A stretch of 64,000 nt of DNA from an uncultured delta proteobacterium (GTDB lineage: Bacteria; Desulfobacterota; Desulfobacteria; Desulfobacterales; QNYZ01). Below the pieces are notes generated by a model. It made no database searches, was not told where the DNA came from, and was given only the letters and a program-made list of their open reading frames with translations. The stretch's first letter is position 1. Each line of letters opens with the position of its first letter. Of this stretch, positions 48,587 through 58,405 are shown one piece after another. Made by a program: the position numbers and the translations under genes. The stretch is from positions 288,001-352,000 of the forward strand of contig CAWJQU010000004.1 in NCBI GenBank assembly GCA_963845145.1, written 5' to 3'.

Positions 48587-48875
48587 TGATCCGTGCCTTT
48601 TTATCCGTATTCACCGTTGTTTAAGTCATCCTCTCGAACCCTGGGCTGCTAAAAGCTTTGGATTCTAAATCCGGAGTATATCATGATATCCCTATCCCTA
48701 CCATCGTCGATTTGGAACCGGATTTTGGACCGATAGATACCCTGCAGATGCCCGGTAGATGTCCGGTGAATTTATTGACAATACCATAAAAATGGCCTAT
48801 TCATTTCGCATCATTGAAAAATAATCCATTTTGTCCAAATTTTTAATAATCTATTTGTAAAAAGGGGAGACGAAG

Positions 48876-50900
48876 ATGGCCACAAAGGAAGAACTTCAGG
48901 AAAAAGAAGAGGATTGTGAATCAACTGAGGATTACATCAATCTGGTCAAAGAGGTGATGACCGATCTGGATGATAAAGAATGGGCTCAGGCGTTAATGGA
49001 TGAGGGCGTCGATTGGGCCGAAACCGCCGATGATTTTATCCTGCTGGCCCAGGGAGCCGCCGATGTCATGAAAGATCCGGAGGCGGCCAAGAAATTCGTA
49101 GTGCAGGGCAAGGATTATTGCATGAATGTGGCAGAATTTGCCAACCTTGGAAAAGTGGCTGCCGATATCGGTGATACCGATGCCGCAAAAGAGATTTTTT
49201 CAGCGGCTGAAGGTAAATGTGTCAAGGTGGATGATTTTTTTGCCGTAGCAGCCAAGGTTAAGGATGTGTTGGGAGACGTGGAACTGGCCGGTGGAATTGT
49301 TGATAAAGCCCGGGAAAAATGCAAGACGGCCGCCGATTTTGCCGTTTTAGCCAAACGCCTCAAAGAAGACTTAGGGGACGACAAAGGCGCGGCGGAAGTG
49401 TTTACCCAAGCCATGGATACCTGCAAAACTGCCGATGATTACAGCGATCTGGCCAAGGGCGTATTGGACACATTGGATGATAAAGATACCGCTAAAACGA
49501 TTTTTGATAAAGCCGCCGATTCCATCGAGTCGGGTGTGGAGCTGGGCAAGCTGGCCGAAGGCGCTGTCAATGTTCTGAAAGATGAAGATTTTGCCCGGAC
49601 CCTTTACCGCAAAGCCATTGCCGGTACTGAACAAGGCAGCGACCTGATGAAGCTGGCCGCTTCGGTGATGAATGGTTTAAAAGACCGGGATCTGGCGCTG
49701 GAGGTTTACAAAGCTGCCGAGGCACCTTTGAAAACTTTCAAAGATTTCACCGGGCTGGCCGAGGCAGTGTTGAATGATACCGGCGACAAGGCCTATGCCG
49801 CCCAGGTGTATGCAAAGGCGGCTGAAGCTAGCGCGGATGCCAAGGATATCGTGGCCGTGGCCGAGGCCCTGGCCGACAAGATCGGGGAACCCGCCACGGC
49901 CCAGCAATGCCTGCGGGAAGCGGAACGGGCGGTCAAAACCCCGGCGGATTTTCAGAAGGTGGCCGATGCCATCATGAAATACGCTGAAGATGAATCCTGG
50001 AAAGAGGAAGTTAAAATTCAGGTGGAAAAACGCGAGGCCAATAAAGAGATCTATGCCGAATTCGCCAAAAAGGAACAGGAGTTTACGACCAGCACCACCA
50101 TGAGCCGTCTCGCCCAGGAGGTTATGGGTGCTACCCAAGATAAGACCTACACCCGCAAACTTTATCGTAAAGCCGAGAAGATGTGCCATTATTTCGAGGA
50201 GTACATGGCCCTGCCCAAGAAAATAAACGCTGATTTAAAGGACGATGCCTGGGTACGCGAGATCTACGCGAAGCAGCTGGAATCGTGCAATAGTGATTAC
50301 CAGGCCAAGAACATTGTTGACGGTGTTTTAACCGAGTTAAAAGATGAATCCTGGACTAAAAAGATTTTTCAGGACTGGGAGGGCCGCTGCCGGAAAGATA
50401 CCGATTTTATCAAGTTGGCCGCCATCATCAAAGACCGTCTCAAAGATGCTGACTGGGCCAAGAGCCTTCTCGATAAAGCCGGAGAAACCGGCTCAGGTGC
50501 GGTGAGCGCGATCGGGCTGGCCGCGGCGGCCAATGACATCCTTGAGGACTCGGATTGGGCCCGATCGTTGTTCGATGTCGTCGGGAATCAATGCAAAAAT
50601 CGAAATGAATATGAGCACCTGTTTTCCTCCATTGAGGAAAAGGTTGCCGATCGGGATTTATTGCAAAAGGCCCACCAAAAAGCCGCGGATAAACTGACAT
50701 CCAGTAAGGATCTGGTCTATTTGGCCGAGAGCGTTCTCAGACGGTTCAAGGATTCGGGATGGGCCCGGCAGCTATATGAAAAAGCCCTTGGCGCCAGTGA
50801 TATCGGCAATCAATGGAATCGTCTGGTCGTCAGCGTGGCTGACAAACTGGGGGATGCCCAATGGGCGGGGAAGGTGCGCCAGAAATTTGCATCTTTCTAA
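48876..50900 (+). CDS. Acidic all-helical protein built of about 34-aa TPR-like repeats
   Basis: Recurrent D(F/Y)xxLAxxVxxxLxDxxxAxxxxxKAxxxCxx units; AGGGGAG RBS; no signal peptide. Confidence 0.8.
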   Translation: MATKEELQEKEEDCESTEDYINLVKEVMTDLDDKEWAQALMDEGVDWAETADDFILLAQGAADVMKDPEAAKKFVVQGKDYCMNVAEFANLGKVAADIGDTDAAKEIFSAAEGKCVKVDDFFAVAAKVKDVLGDVELAGGIVDKAREKCKTAADFAVLAKRLKEDLGDDKGAAEVFTQAMDTCKTADDYSDLAKGVLDTLDDKDTAKTIFDKAADSIESGVELGKLAEGAVNVLKDEDFARTLYRKAIAGTEQGSDLMKLAASVMNGLKDRDLALEVYKAAEAPLKTFKDFTGLAEAVLNDTGDKAYAAQVYAKAAEASADAKDIVAVAEALADKIGEPATAQQCLREAERAVKTPADFQKVADAIMKYAEDESWKEEVKIQVEKREANKEIYAEFAKKEQEFTTSTTMSRLAQEVMGATQDKTYTRKLYRKAEKMCHYFEEYMALPKKINADLKDDAWVREIYAKQLESCNSDYQAKNIVDGVLTELKDESWTKKIFQDWEGRCRKDTDFIKLAAIIKDRLKDADWAKSLLDKAGETGSGAVSAIGLAAAANDILEDSDWARSLFDVVGNQCKNRNEYEHLFSSIEEKVADRDLLQKAHQKAADKLTSSKDLVYLAESVLRRFKDSGWARQLYEKALGASDIGNQWNRLVVSVADKLGDAQWAGKVRQKFASF

Positions 50901-51228
50901 TGCTGTAAACGGCGAATGACCGGCGGCGGGCCAGCGGCGGGATAAGTACCCCCCGTCGCCTACGTTCGGATTCGCCGTCGTGGAAAAAGCCGAATTCTTC
51001 TCAGGCGAATAAATCCGTGATATTTTAATCGGACCAGTCGGTGGAATATCCTTCTTTTACCCGCCAACGGAACACGCGGCTCGAATCTGAACAGTAAACA
51101 ATAACCGCTTTTTTGCGATGGGGTCTTCCGGTTACCTGCGGTTGTAACCCCGGCAGGGACAGGCATGGTCTAACCGGAATATGTATCCCCCGAATTCCTA
51201 TGGAATCTTGTACAATAAAGGATAATGA

Positions 51229-52443
51229 ATGACAATTCCCAATCTTGAGCGTGCTCTCAATGTTCTTAGAGAAGGCCGCATGATCGTTTTGGTAGATGAC
51301 CCCGACTTTGAAAATGAGGGTTCTTTGATGATGGTGGCAGAGAAGGTGACGCCTTCGGCCGTGGCGTTTATGGCGACCCATGCGCGTGGGCTGGTTTGCC
51401 TTCCCATGGGTGGGGATATGATCGACGCCCTGGGGCTGCCGCCGATGGTGGGAAACAATACGTCGCCCTGGCGGACCGATTTTACCATCTCCATTGAAGC
51501 TCGCTGTGGCGTTACCACCGGTATTTCAGCGGCTGATCGCGCCGCGACGATTCTTACGGCCGTGGCCGATGGTGCCTCACCCACCGATGTGGTTCGACCG
51601 GGGCATATTTTTCCACTGCGGGCCAGAAAAGGCGGGGCTATGTTCAGGGCCGGTGCCGCGGAAGGCGCTGTGGATCTGGCCCACCTGGCCGGATTCAAAC
51701 CGGCGGGCGTGATTTGCAAGATCATGGCCGAAGACGGGTCCATGGCCACCGGTGAGGCTCTGGAGAAATTCAGCCAAGACCACAACCTCGAAGTGGTCAC
51801 CATTTCCGAGCTTATCGCCCACCGTATGCGAACCGAGTCGTTCGTCCATCGTGCGGGTCAGGCCACCTTGCCCATCCACTTCGGTGGAGATTTTGACGTC
51901 ATTGTTTATGAAAACGATATCGATAATTTTCAACACATCGCTCTTGTCAAGGGGGATATCGATTCCGATCAGCCCGTTTTAGTGCGGGTTCATTCCGAAT
52001 GTTTCACCGGCGATCTACTGGGTTCGCTTCGATGCGACTGTGGCTCCCAGATGCATCGTGCCATGGAGATGATGGAACAGGCGGGGGCAGGCGTTCTGCT
52101 CTATATTCGACAGGAAGGACGTGGGATCGGTTTGATCAATAAGCTAAAAGCCTATAATCTGCAGGACCAGGGGATGGATACCGTTGAAGCGAACCAAGAG
52201 CTGGGGTTCAAACCGGACTTGAGGGATTATGGAATCGGGGCCCAGGTGTTGGTTGATTTAGGGGTCCGCAAGATGCGGCTGATTACCAACAATCCCAAAA
52301 AAATTGTGGGCCTCACAGGCTACGGCCTGGAAGTTGCGGAACAGGTACCCATTGAAATCGAGCCCAATGAGTACAATCGGCATTATCTGGAGTGTAAGAA
52401 GTTGAAAATGGGGCACTTGATTGGTTTGGATGTGGAGTGTTGA
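51229..52443 (+). CDS. ribBA: RibBA-type protein: degenerate DHBP synthase domain plus intact GTP cyclohydrolase II
   Basis: RVHSECFTGD, RCDCG, RQEGRGIGL and TNNPKK are intact. The RibB motifs are altered (DFENEGS, AGAAEG, CKIM). Confidence 0.9.
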   Translation: MTIPNLERALNVLREGRMIVLVDDPDFENEGSLMMVAEKVTPSAVAFMATHARGLVCLPMGGDMIDALGLPPMVGNNTSPWRTDFTISIEARCGVTTGISAADRAATILTAVADGASPTDVVRPGHIFPLRARKGGAMFRAGAAEGAVDLAHLAGFKPAGVICKIMAEDGSMATGEALEKFSQDHNLEVVTISELIAHRMRTESFVHRAGQATLPIHFGGDFDVIVYENDIDNFQHIALVKGDIDSDQPVLVRVHSECFTGDLLGSLRCDCGSQMHRAMEMMEQAGAGVLLYIRQEGRGIGLINKLKAYNLQDQGMDTVEANQELGFKPDLRDYGIGAQVLVDLGVRKMRLITNNPKKIVGLTGYGLEVAEQVPIEIEPNEYNRHYLECKKLKMGHLIGLDVEC

Positions 52444-52444
52444 T

Positions 52445-52483
52445 CCGTTAGCCCGTTAGCCCGTTAGCCCGTTAACCCGTTAG
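52445..52483 (+). repeat. Tandem 8-mer (CCGTTAGC) x about 5
   Basis: CCGTTAGC CCGTTAGC CCGTTAGC CCGTTAAC CCGTTAG directly after the ribBA stop; reverse-complement copies at 9385-9399. Confidence 0.9.
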
Positions 52484-52618
52484 ATAGTCAAACAGTCAGC
52501 CCGGCGGGGCGGCCAGTGGCAGGTAAATGGTAGCCAATAAGCTGATTAGCGGTTGAGCTTTGCTATGCTGTTTTGGTAATCTTTCTTTCCGAAATCATTC
52601 GTATTGAGGAGGTTCTCG

Positions 52619-53851
52619 ATGCCCACAAGTCGCTTTGAGGAGATGTTGATCGGGAAACTGGGGCAAATGGATGCCCAGGGTGGGTTAAAAGGGCGTGAAA
52701 AGGTCATCATAGCCGTGCGTCCGCCTGAGGGCGGTATGGGGCCGCGATACGTTATCGAGGGGTACGACAAAGCTTTTTTGCGTATGAACGCCAACGCCTA
52801 TCTGGGCCTGGGGCGTGATGACGGGCTGATTGCCGCTGAAGAGGCGGCGGTGCGTAAGTATGGCACCGGGCCGGGGGCGGTGCGGTTTATCAGTGGGACA
52901 TATAAACCGCATGTGGAATTGGAAAAACGTCTGGCCCGTTTTCATAAGCGTGAGGCGGCCATGATTTTCAGCTCCGCCTACGCCACCATTATGGGGTTGC
53001 TGCCGTCGTTAATCGATTCCGATACGGCAGTGATCAGCGACGCCCTCAATCACAATTGTATCATTAATGCCGTTCGACTCTCCCGTCCTAAGACCAAAGG
53101 GATCTATGCCCATCTGGATATGCAAGAACTCGAAGCTCAGATCCAGGCGGCGATCGGTGTGGCCCAACGGGTGCTTATCGTGACGGACGGCATTTTCAGT
53201 ATGCGGGGGGATTATGCCCCGCTGGATGCCGTTGTCGACCTGGCGTCCCGCTACGACTCGAAGTTTGGCTGTGGGGTGGTGACGGTGGTGGATGATTCCC
53301 ACGGGGTGGGTGCCTTTGGGAAAACCGGACGGGGTACCCTTGAGTACACCGGCGCCCAGGGGGTCGATATTTTGGTGGCGACCCTGGGAAAAGCCTTTGG
53401 TGTCAATGGCGGATATCTCGTGGCTTCAGCCCATGTGGTGAATTATTTAAGAGAAACCGCCCCCTTTTACATCTATTCCAATCCTATAACGCCGGGTGAA
53501 GCCGAAGCGGCGATCAAGGCCCTGGATGTGATCGACAGTCCCGATGGTCAAAGGCGTCTTGCGCACTTGCGAACCCTGACAAATCGATTTGAACAAGGGT
53601 TGATTGGCCTGGGGTTTGAGGTGATCAGCAGTGAGCATCCGGTAGTTCCCCTGATGATTCGGGACGGTGCGAAAACCAAGGCCATCGTGGCGCACCTGGT
53701 GGCTCAGGGCATTCTCGCCACGGGTCTGAGTTATCCTGTCGTTCCCAAGGGCGATGAGGAGATCCGCTTTCAGGTATCCGCGGAGCATACTCAGGCGGAT
53801 ATCGATTATGTGCTTGATGTATTAAGAAGGTATCAGCAAGGCACCGGTTAG
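52619..53851 (+). CDS. PLP-dependent alpha-oxoamine synthase (2-amino-3-ketobutyrate CoA ligase/AONS family)
   Basis: NAYLGL, GAVRFISGT, SDALNHNCII, DGIFSM, DDSHG and TLGKA; GAGGAGG RBS before ATG 52619. Confidence 0.88.
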   Translation: MPTSRFEEMLIGKLGQMDAQGGLKGREKVIIAVRPPEGGMGPRYVIEGYDKAFLRMNANAYLGLGRDDGLIAAEEAAVRKYGTGPGAVRFISGTYKPHVELEKRLARFHKREAAMIFSSAYATIMGLLPSLIDSDTAVISDALNHNCIINAVRLSRPKTKGIYAHLDMQELEAQIQAAIGVAQRVLIVTDGIFSMRGDYAPLDAVVDLASRYDSKFGCGVVTVVDDSHGVGAFGKTGRGTLEYTGAQGVDILVATLGKAFGVNGGYLVASAHVVNYLRETAPFYIYSNPITPGEAEAAIKALDVIDSPDGQRRLAHLRTLTNRFEQGLIGLGFEVISSEHPVVPLMIRDGAKTKAIVAHLVAQGILATGLSYPVVPKGDEEIRFQVSAEHTQADIDYVLDVLRRYQQGTG

Positions 53852-53998
53852 GGCCTCATCAGAGACTTCCATTGGAGTAAGGGGCGGGGCGCAAATAGTC
53901 CTTTGCCCGTCATTATTTTTCTTCTGAAAAATATCTGTCCATTCCAATTATTATCGGCAGCAGGTGTTTCTATTCATGGCAAGGGGTTGCCAGTGGAC

Positions 53999-55441
53999 CT
54001 ATTTGTCAGGCGCCGTCTCCCTCAGCAAACGCTGCTTCATATCAAACAGGGATTTGGAAAGGCTGATATGGTAGGTATGGGGATTGTAAAACCGCTTGTA
54101 AGCGCCATCCAGGCGTTCGAGATTGCGTAGCGTCTTTTTTCGAATATCATCCACCGGAGGACTGTTGTATACGCACTCCCCATTTTGAAAAACGGGGACC
54201 ATGAGCTCTTTGGCTTTGAACGTTTCCGGATATATTTTTGAAATATGAGACAACATAGGATGGTATACACGAAATGCTTCCCCACTAGGAATTTTTTCTT
54301 CGTTCATTAAGATGACGTCACCCCGCATTCGATTTTTTTGATCATAGATTCGGACCAGCTTCTTAAAACCGGGGTTGGTGATCTTTTCGGTATTATCCGA
54401 ACGTTTGATTTTGGGGGTCATTCGGTTCCCATTTTCATCTAAGGCGGTTAATTTATAAACGCCCGATAGGGCGGGCCAGGAGAATGAGGTGATCAGGCGG
54501 GTTCCGATCCCCCAGATATCAATCTTGGCTTTTTGCCGCTTGAGGCTGACAATGATCTTTTCATCCAAATCGCCCGAGGCCACAATTTTAGCATTGGGAA
54601 AGCCGGCTTCATCAAGCATCTTACGGGCTTTTTTGCTAAGATAGGCCAGGTCGCCACTGTCAAGACGAATGCCGAGGATCTCATGGCCCTTGTCACGCAG
54701 CTCTTCAGCCACCCGGATGGCATTGGGAATCCCGCTTTTAAGTGTATCGTATGTGTCCACCAGCAAAACAGAGGTGTCGGGATAGATATCCGCATAGGCG
54801 CGAAAAGCGGTCAGCTCATCTGGAAAACTTTCAATCCAGGAATGGGCGTGGGTTCCTCGAATCGGGATGTCAAAAAACCGCCCGGCCAGGACATTGGATG
54901 TGGCGTCTACGCCACCGATATAAGCGGCGCGGGAGCCCATTAGGGCGCCATCAGGGCCATGGGCTCGGCGCAGACCGAAGTCAATGACCGGATCTTTGTG
55001 AGCGGCCATTCGAATTCGGGCAGCCTTGGTAGCCAAAAGGGTTTGAAAGTTCATCATGTTCAGCAGGGCACTTTCGATGAACTGGGCTTCGGGTAGCGGG
55101 GCATTTACCCGCAGCAACGGTTCATGGGGAAAAATCACGGTTCCTTCAGGGATCGCCCATATATCGCCGGTGAAACGAAATGATTCAAAATAGGAGAGCA
55201 CGTCATCGGAGAAAATGCCCAGAGATCTTAGGTAGGCGATATCTTCTTTCTGGAAATGCAGTTGCTGAATGTACTTGATCAAGTCGTCCAGACCAGCCAA
55301 AACACAGTATCCGCCATTGTCCGGTACTGTTCGAAAAAAGTAGTCGAAATTGGCCTGTTGCACCTGCTTGCCCGACTGAATATATCCCCCCACCATGGTG
55401 AGTTGGTATAGATCTGTTAACAGCGCTTGCTGTAATCGCAT
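53999..55441 (-). CDS. pncB: Nicotinate phosphoribosyltransferase
   Basis: [38 protein letters not shown] and GVYKL. Confidence 0.93.
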   Translation of the reverse strand: MRLQQALLTDLYQLTMVGGYIQSGKQVQQANFDYFFRTVPDNGGYCVLAGLDDLIKYIQQLHFQKEDIAYLRSLGIFSDDVLSYFESFRFTGDIWAIPEGTVIFPHEPLLRVNAPLPEAQFIESALLNMMNFQTLLATKAARIRMAAHKDPVIDFGLRRAHGPDGALMGSRAAYIGGVDATSNVLAGRFFDIPIRGTHAHSWIESFPDELTAFRAYADIYPDTSVLLVDTYDTLKSGIPNAIRVAEELRDKGHEILGIRLDSGDLAYLSKKARKMLDEAGFPNAKIVASGDLDEKIIVSLKRQKAKIDIWGIGTRLITSFSWPALSGVYKLTALDENGNRMTPKIKRSDNTEKITNPGFKKLVRIYDQKNRMRGDVILMNEEKIPSGEAFRVYHPMLSHISKIYPETFKAKELMVPVFQNGECVYNSPPVDDIRKKTLRNLERLDGAYKRFYNPHTYHISLSKSLFDMKQRLLRETAPDK

Positions 55442-55789
55442 GATGATGTCCTTTTCGTTTTGGCCGGAGATTTAATGAGACCCCAATACACACGCTCTGT
55501 GTGGAAGTGTTTAAGTGTGTTTTTACCGATTCTATCATTATAAAATAAACGGAGAATATCGGGCAGGCTTTCAAGCCGACCCGGTTCCCCCACGGTGGTT
55601 GACGGCCGGCTTGACGAAAGCCAAACCAATTGATATCGCATTACTTGTAAAATCAAAATATTAACGTATTATTGCGAATCAAAAACTGTCAAAACCAAAA
55701 TAATAACGTAGCATAGAAATCCGATATTCGCCAGATAATCAAGCAGATAATCAAGCGGTCTACTAGCGGGTATCAATAAGGATGGTTCA

Positions 55790-56998
55790 ATGAAATGGAA
55801 ACAACATCATGCCGGCCGGATTGCCTCTTTGGCACCCTCGGTCGCCATTGCCGATCTTTTAAAATTGGCTGAACAACCGGATGTGATCTCTTTTGCCGGC
55901 GGGTTACCCGACCCAAAAATATTTCAAATGGAAGCGATTCGGGCTGCCATGGATCGGGTAATGAGTGAGGATGGTCAGGCGGCACTTAATTATGGACCGT
56001 CGGCCGGGTATACACCTCTTCGAGAATGGATTGCCATGCGAATGCAAGCCAAGGAGCGGGTTGCCCTGGGTTTTGAAGACATCCTGGTAACCTCCGGTGG
56101 CGTGGAAGCCCTTCATTTGCTCTGTTTGGCATTGTTGGAGCCGGGGGATACCGTGATTGTCGGTGCCCCCACCTACCTGGTAGCCCTGCATGTTTTTAGG
56201 GCGCACCAGATCAACATGGTGTCAGTCGAACTAGACGAAAACGGGCTTGATACCGCCGTGTTGGAAGCACGGTTATACGAATTGGAACAGCAGGGAAAGC
56301 GGCCCAAATTGCTTTACGTCATTCCCTCTTTTCAAAACCCATCGGGAATTACCATGAGTAAGGCCCGGCGCCAAGAACTGGTTGAGATTTGTGAACGCTA
56401 TGACCTGCCGATCATTGAAGACCATGCCTACGCGGATCTTCGTTTTGAGGGCGAACCGATTACGGCGTTAAAAGCATTGGCTCCCGACAGGGTCATTCTC
56501 ATCCAGACGTTTTCCAAGATTTTTGCCCCCGGCGTTCGATTGGGATGGGTCGCCACGGATGCCGATTTGATTGAGAGCCTGGCGTTGTGTAAAATTGGTA
56601 CCGATTCATGTGCCAATACACTGGGGCAGCGCCTCGTTTACCAATTTGCCCGTGAGGGGGGGATTGATAAACAAGTACTATCGGCCAGCCAACACTACCG
56701 CCGCAAACGGGATCTCCTGCTGGCTGCTCTTGGCACCCATCTGTCTGGGATTGCCACCTGGCGACGGCCGGAGGGCGGGTTCTATGTTTGGCTGACCCTG
56801 CCCGAAGCTTTCAATAGCGAAATTCTTTTGCAGGCTGCCATCGAAAAGGAGAAGACGGCTTTTGTGGCAGGCCCGATCTTTTTCGCGGATAATAGCGGGG
56901 CGCGGCACCTGCGCTTGTCCTATAGTTTTGTTGACGAAGGACAAATTGAAGAAGGAATCCATCGGTTGGCAAGAACCATTCAGTCGTATTCAGCATGA
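55790..56998 (+). CDS. PLP-dependent class I/II aminotransferase (2-aminoadipate transaminase-like)
   Basis: ISFAGGLP, FQNPSG, EDHAY, FSKIFAPGVRLGW and LRLSYS. Confidence 0.9.
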   Translation: MKWKQHHAGRIASLAPSVAIADLLKLAEQPDVISFAGGLPDPKIFQMEAIRAAMDRVMSEDGQAALNYGPSAGYTPLREWIAMRMQAKERVALGFEDILVTSGGVEALHLLCLALLEPGDTVIVGAPTYLVALHVFRAHQINMVSVELDENGLDTAVLEARLYELEQQGKRPKLLYVIPSFQNPSGITMSKARRQELVEICERYDLPIIEDHAYADLRFEGEPITALKALAPDRVILIQTFSKIFAPGVRLGWVATDADLIESLALCKIGTDSCANTLGQRLVYQFAREGGIDKQVLSASQHYRRKRDLLLAALGTHLSGIATWRRPEGGFYVWLTLPEAFNSEILLQAAIEKEKTAFVAGPIFFADNSGARHLRLSYSFVDEGQIEEGIHRLARTIQSYSA

Positions 56999-57020
56999 TC
57001 GGTTCATTTAGGAAAGTATA

Positions 57021-58301
57021 ATGGCCCACATCGTTTCCCAGTCGGCTTATCAGCGTCTTACCGAGCGTATCAACCGGTTTCCACAGGGTGCGCCGCCATC
57101 CAAACTACTTATCAAAATACTCAAAGTTCTCTTCGACCAAAAAGAAGCCGAGTTGGTTTCACGACTACCCATTCGGCCGTTTAAGGTTAAGCGGGCTGCG
57201 GGGATCTGGCAACTGTCGGAAATGGAAACGCGCAAAATTCTCGACCGGTTGGCGGAAAAAGCCCTGCTGGTGGATTTTGAAATTGACGGTGAGATGCAAT
57301 ACGCGCTGCCGCCGCCTATGGCGGGCTTTTTCGAGTTTTCCATGATGCGTGTCCGCAAGGATATCAACCAGAAATTGTTGGCCGAGTTGTTTTACGAATA
57401 TTTGAATGTGGAAGAAGATTTTATCAAGGCCCTCTTTACCCAGGGTGACACGCAGCTTGGGCGGACTTTTGTGAACGAGCCGGTCTTGTCTTCTGAAAAT
57501 GCCTTGGTTGTGTTGGACTATGAACGGGCTAGCGAAGTAATCAAAAGCGCCTCCCATCGGGGGGTTGGCATGTGCTACTGTCGGCACAAGATGCTGCACA
57601 TGGAGCGGGAATGTAACGCGCCCATGAACATTTGTATGACGTTTAATGTCTCGGCGGAGTCGCTGATACGCCATGGACATGCCCGTTCCGTGTCTGTGGG
57701 CGAAGGTTTGGAACTTTTGGCCAGGGCCCGGGAGAACAATCTGGTCCAGTTTGGTGAAAACGTGCGGCAAGGCGTCAATTTTATCTGTAATTGCTGCGGG
57801 TGTTGCTGCGAGGCGATGATTGCCGCCCGCCGATTTGCCGTGATGCATCCCATCCACACGACCCATTTTCTGCCCGAGGTGAACCAGCCTACTTGTAGCG
57901 GTTGTGGTAAATGCGTAATCTTGTGTCCGGTGGAAGCGATGACGATCGTCTCGGCCAATGATCCCAAACATCCTCGACGCAAGGTGGCCCGAGTAGATAA
58001 CATGCGTTGTCTGGGTTGCGGCGTATGTCTTGCCGGATGCACCAAAACGTCCAGCCTGTCGTTGAAACGCCGCTCTCAGCGGGTGATCACGCCGCTAAAC
58101 GCGACTCACCGGGCGGTGATGATGGCGGTAGAGCGAGGCAAACTTCAAAACCTTATTTTTGACAACCAGGTGTTGCGGCATCATCGTGCTCTGGCAGCGG
58201 TATTGGGCGCTATTTTACGTTTGCCGCCGGTGGCGCGGGTACTGGCCACCGACCAGGTAAAATCCCGTTACCTCGAGACGTTGATCGACCGGTTTGCGTG
58301 A
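57021..58301 (+). CDS. 4Fe-4S dicluster ferredoxin-domain protein
   Basis: CYCRH, ICNCCGCCC, CSGCGKCVILCP and CLGCGVCLAGC. Confidence 0.85.
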   Translation: MAHIVSQSAYQRLTERINRFPQGAPPSKLLIKILKVLFDQKEAELVSRLPIRPFKVKRAAGIWQLSEMETRKILDRLAEKALLVDFEIDGEMQYALPPPMAGFFEFSMMRVRKDINQKLLAELFYEYLNVEEDFIKALFTQGDTQLGRTFVNEPVLSSENALVVLDYERASEVIKSASHRGVGMCYCRHKMLHMERECNAPMNICMTFNVSAESLIRHGHARSVSVGEGLELLARARENNLVQFGENVRQGVNFICNCCGCCCEAMIAARRFAVMHPIHTTHFLPEVNQPTCSGCGKCVILCPVEAMTIVSANDPKHPRRKVARVDNMRCLGCGVCLAGCTKTSSLSLKRRSQRVITPLNATHRAVMMAVERGKLQNLIFDNQVLRHHRALAAVLGAILRLPPVARVLATDQVKSRYLETLIDRFA

Positions 58302-58405
58302 ATGCCGCTGCTGGTCGGTTTATGGGAGAAAGCTTTTTCCCTTGACCCCTCAGCCCCTTCTATCTTTGAAACCTGATTTTTTTAAAGCATTTCTCGTTTG
58401 ACCCT

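Noticed and set aside
50901..51228. FMN riboswitch or other ncRNA upstream of ribBA
   Set aside because: The conserved FMN aptamer blocks (AGGGCxGGGTGAAATTCCC, AGTCxGGATG) are not present.
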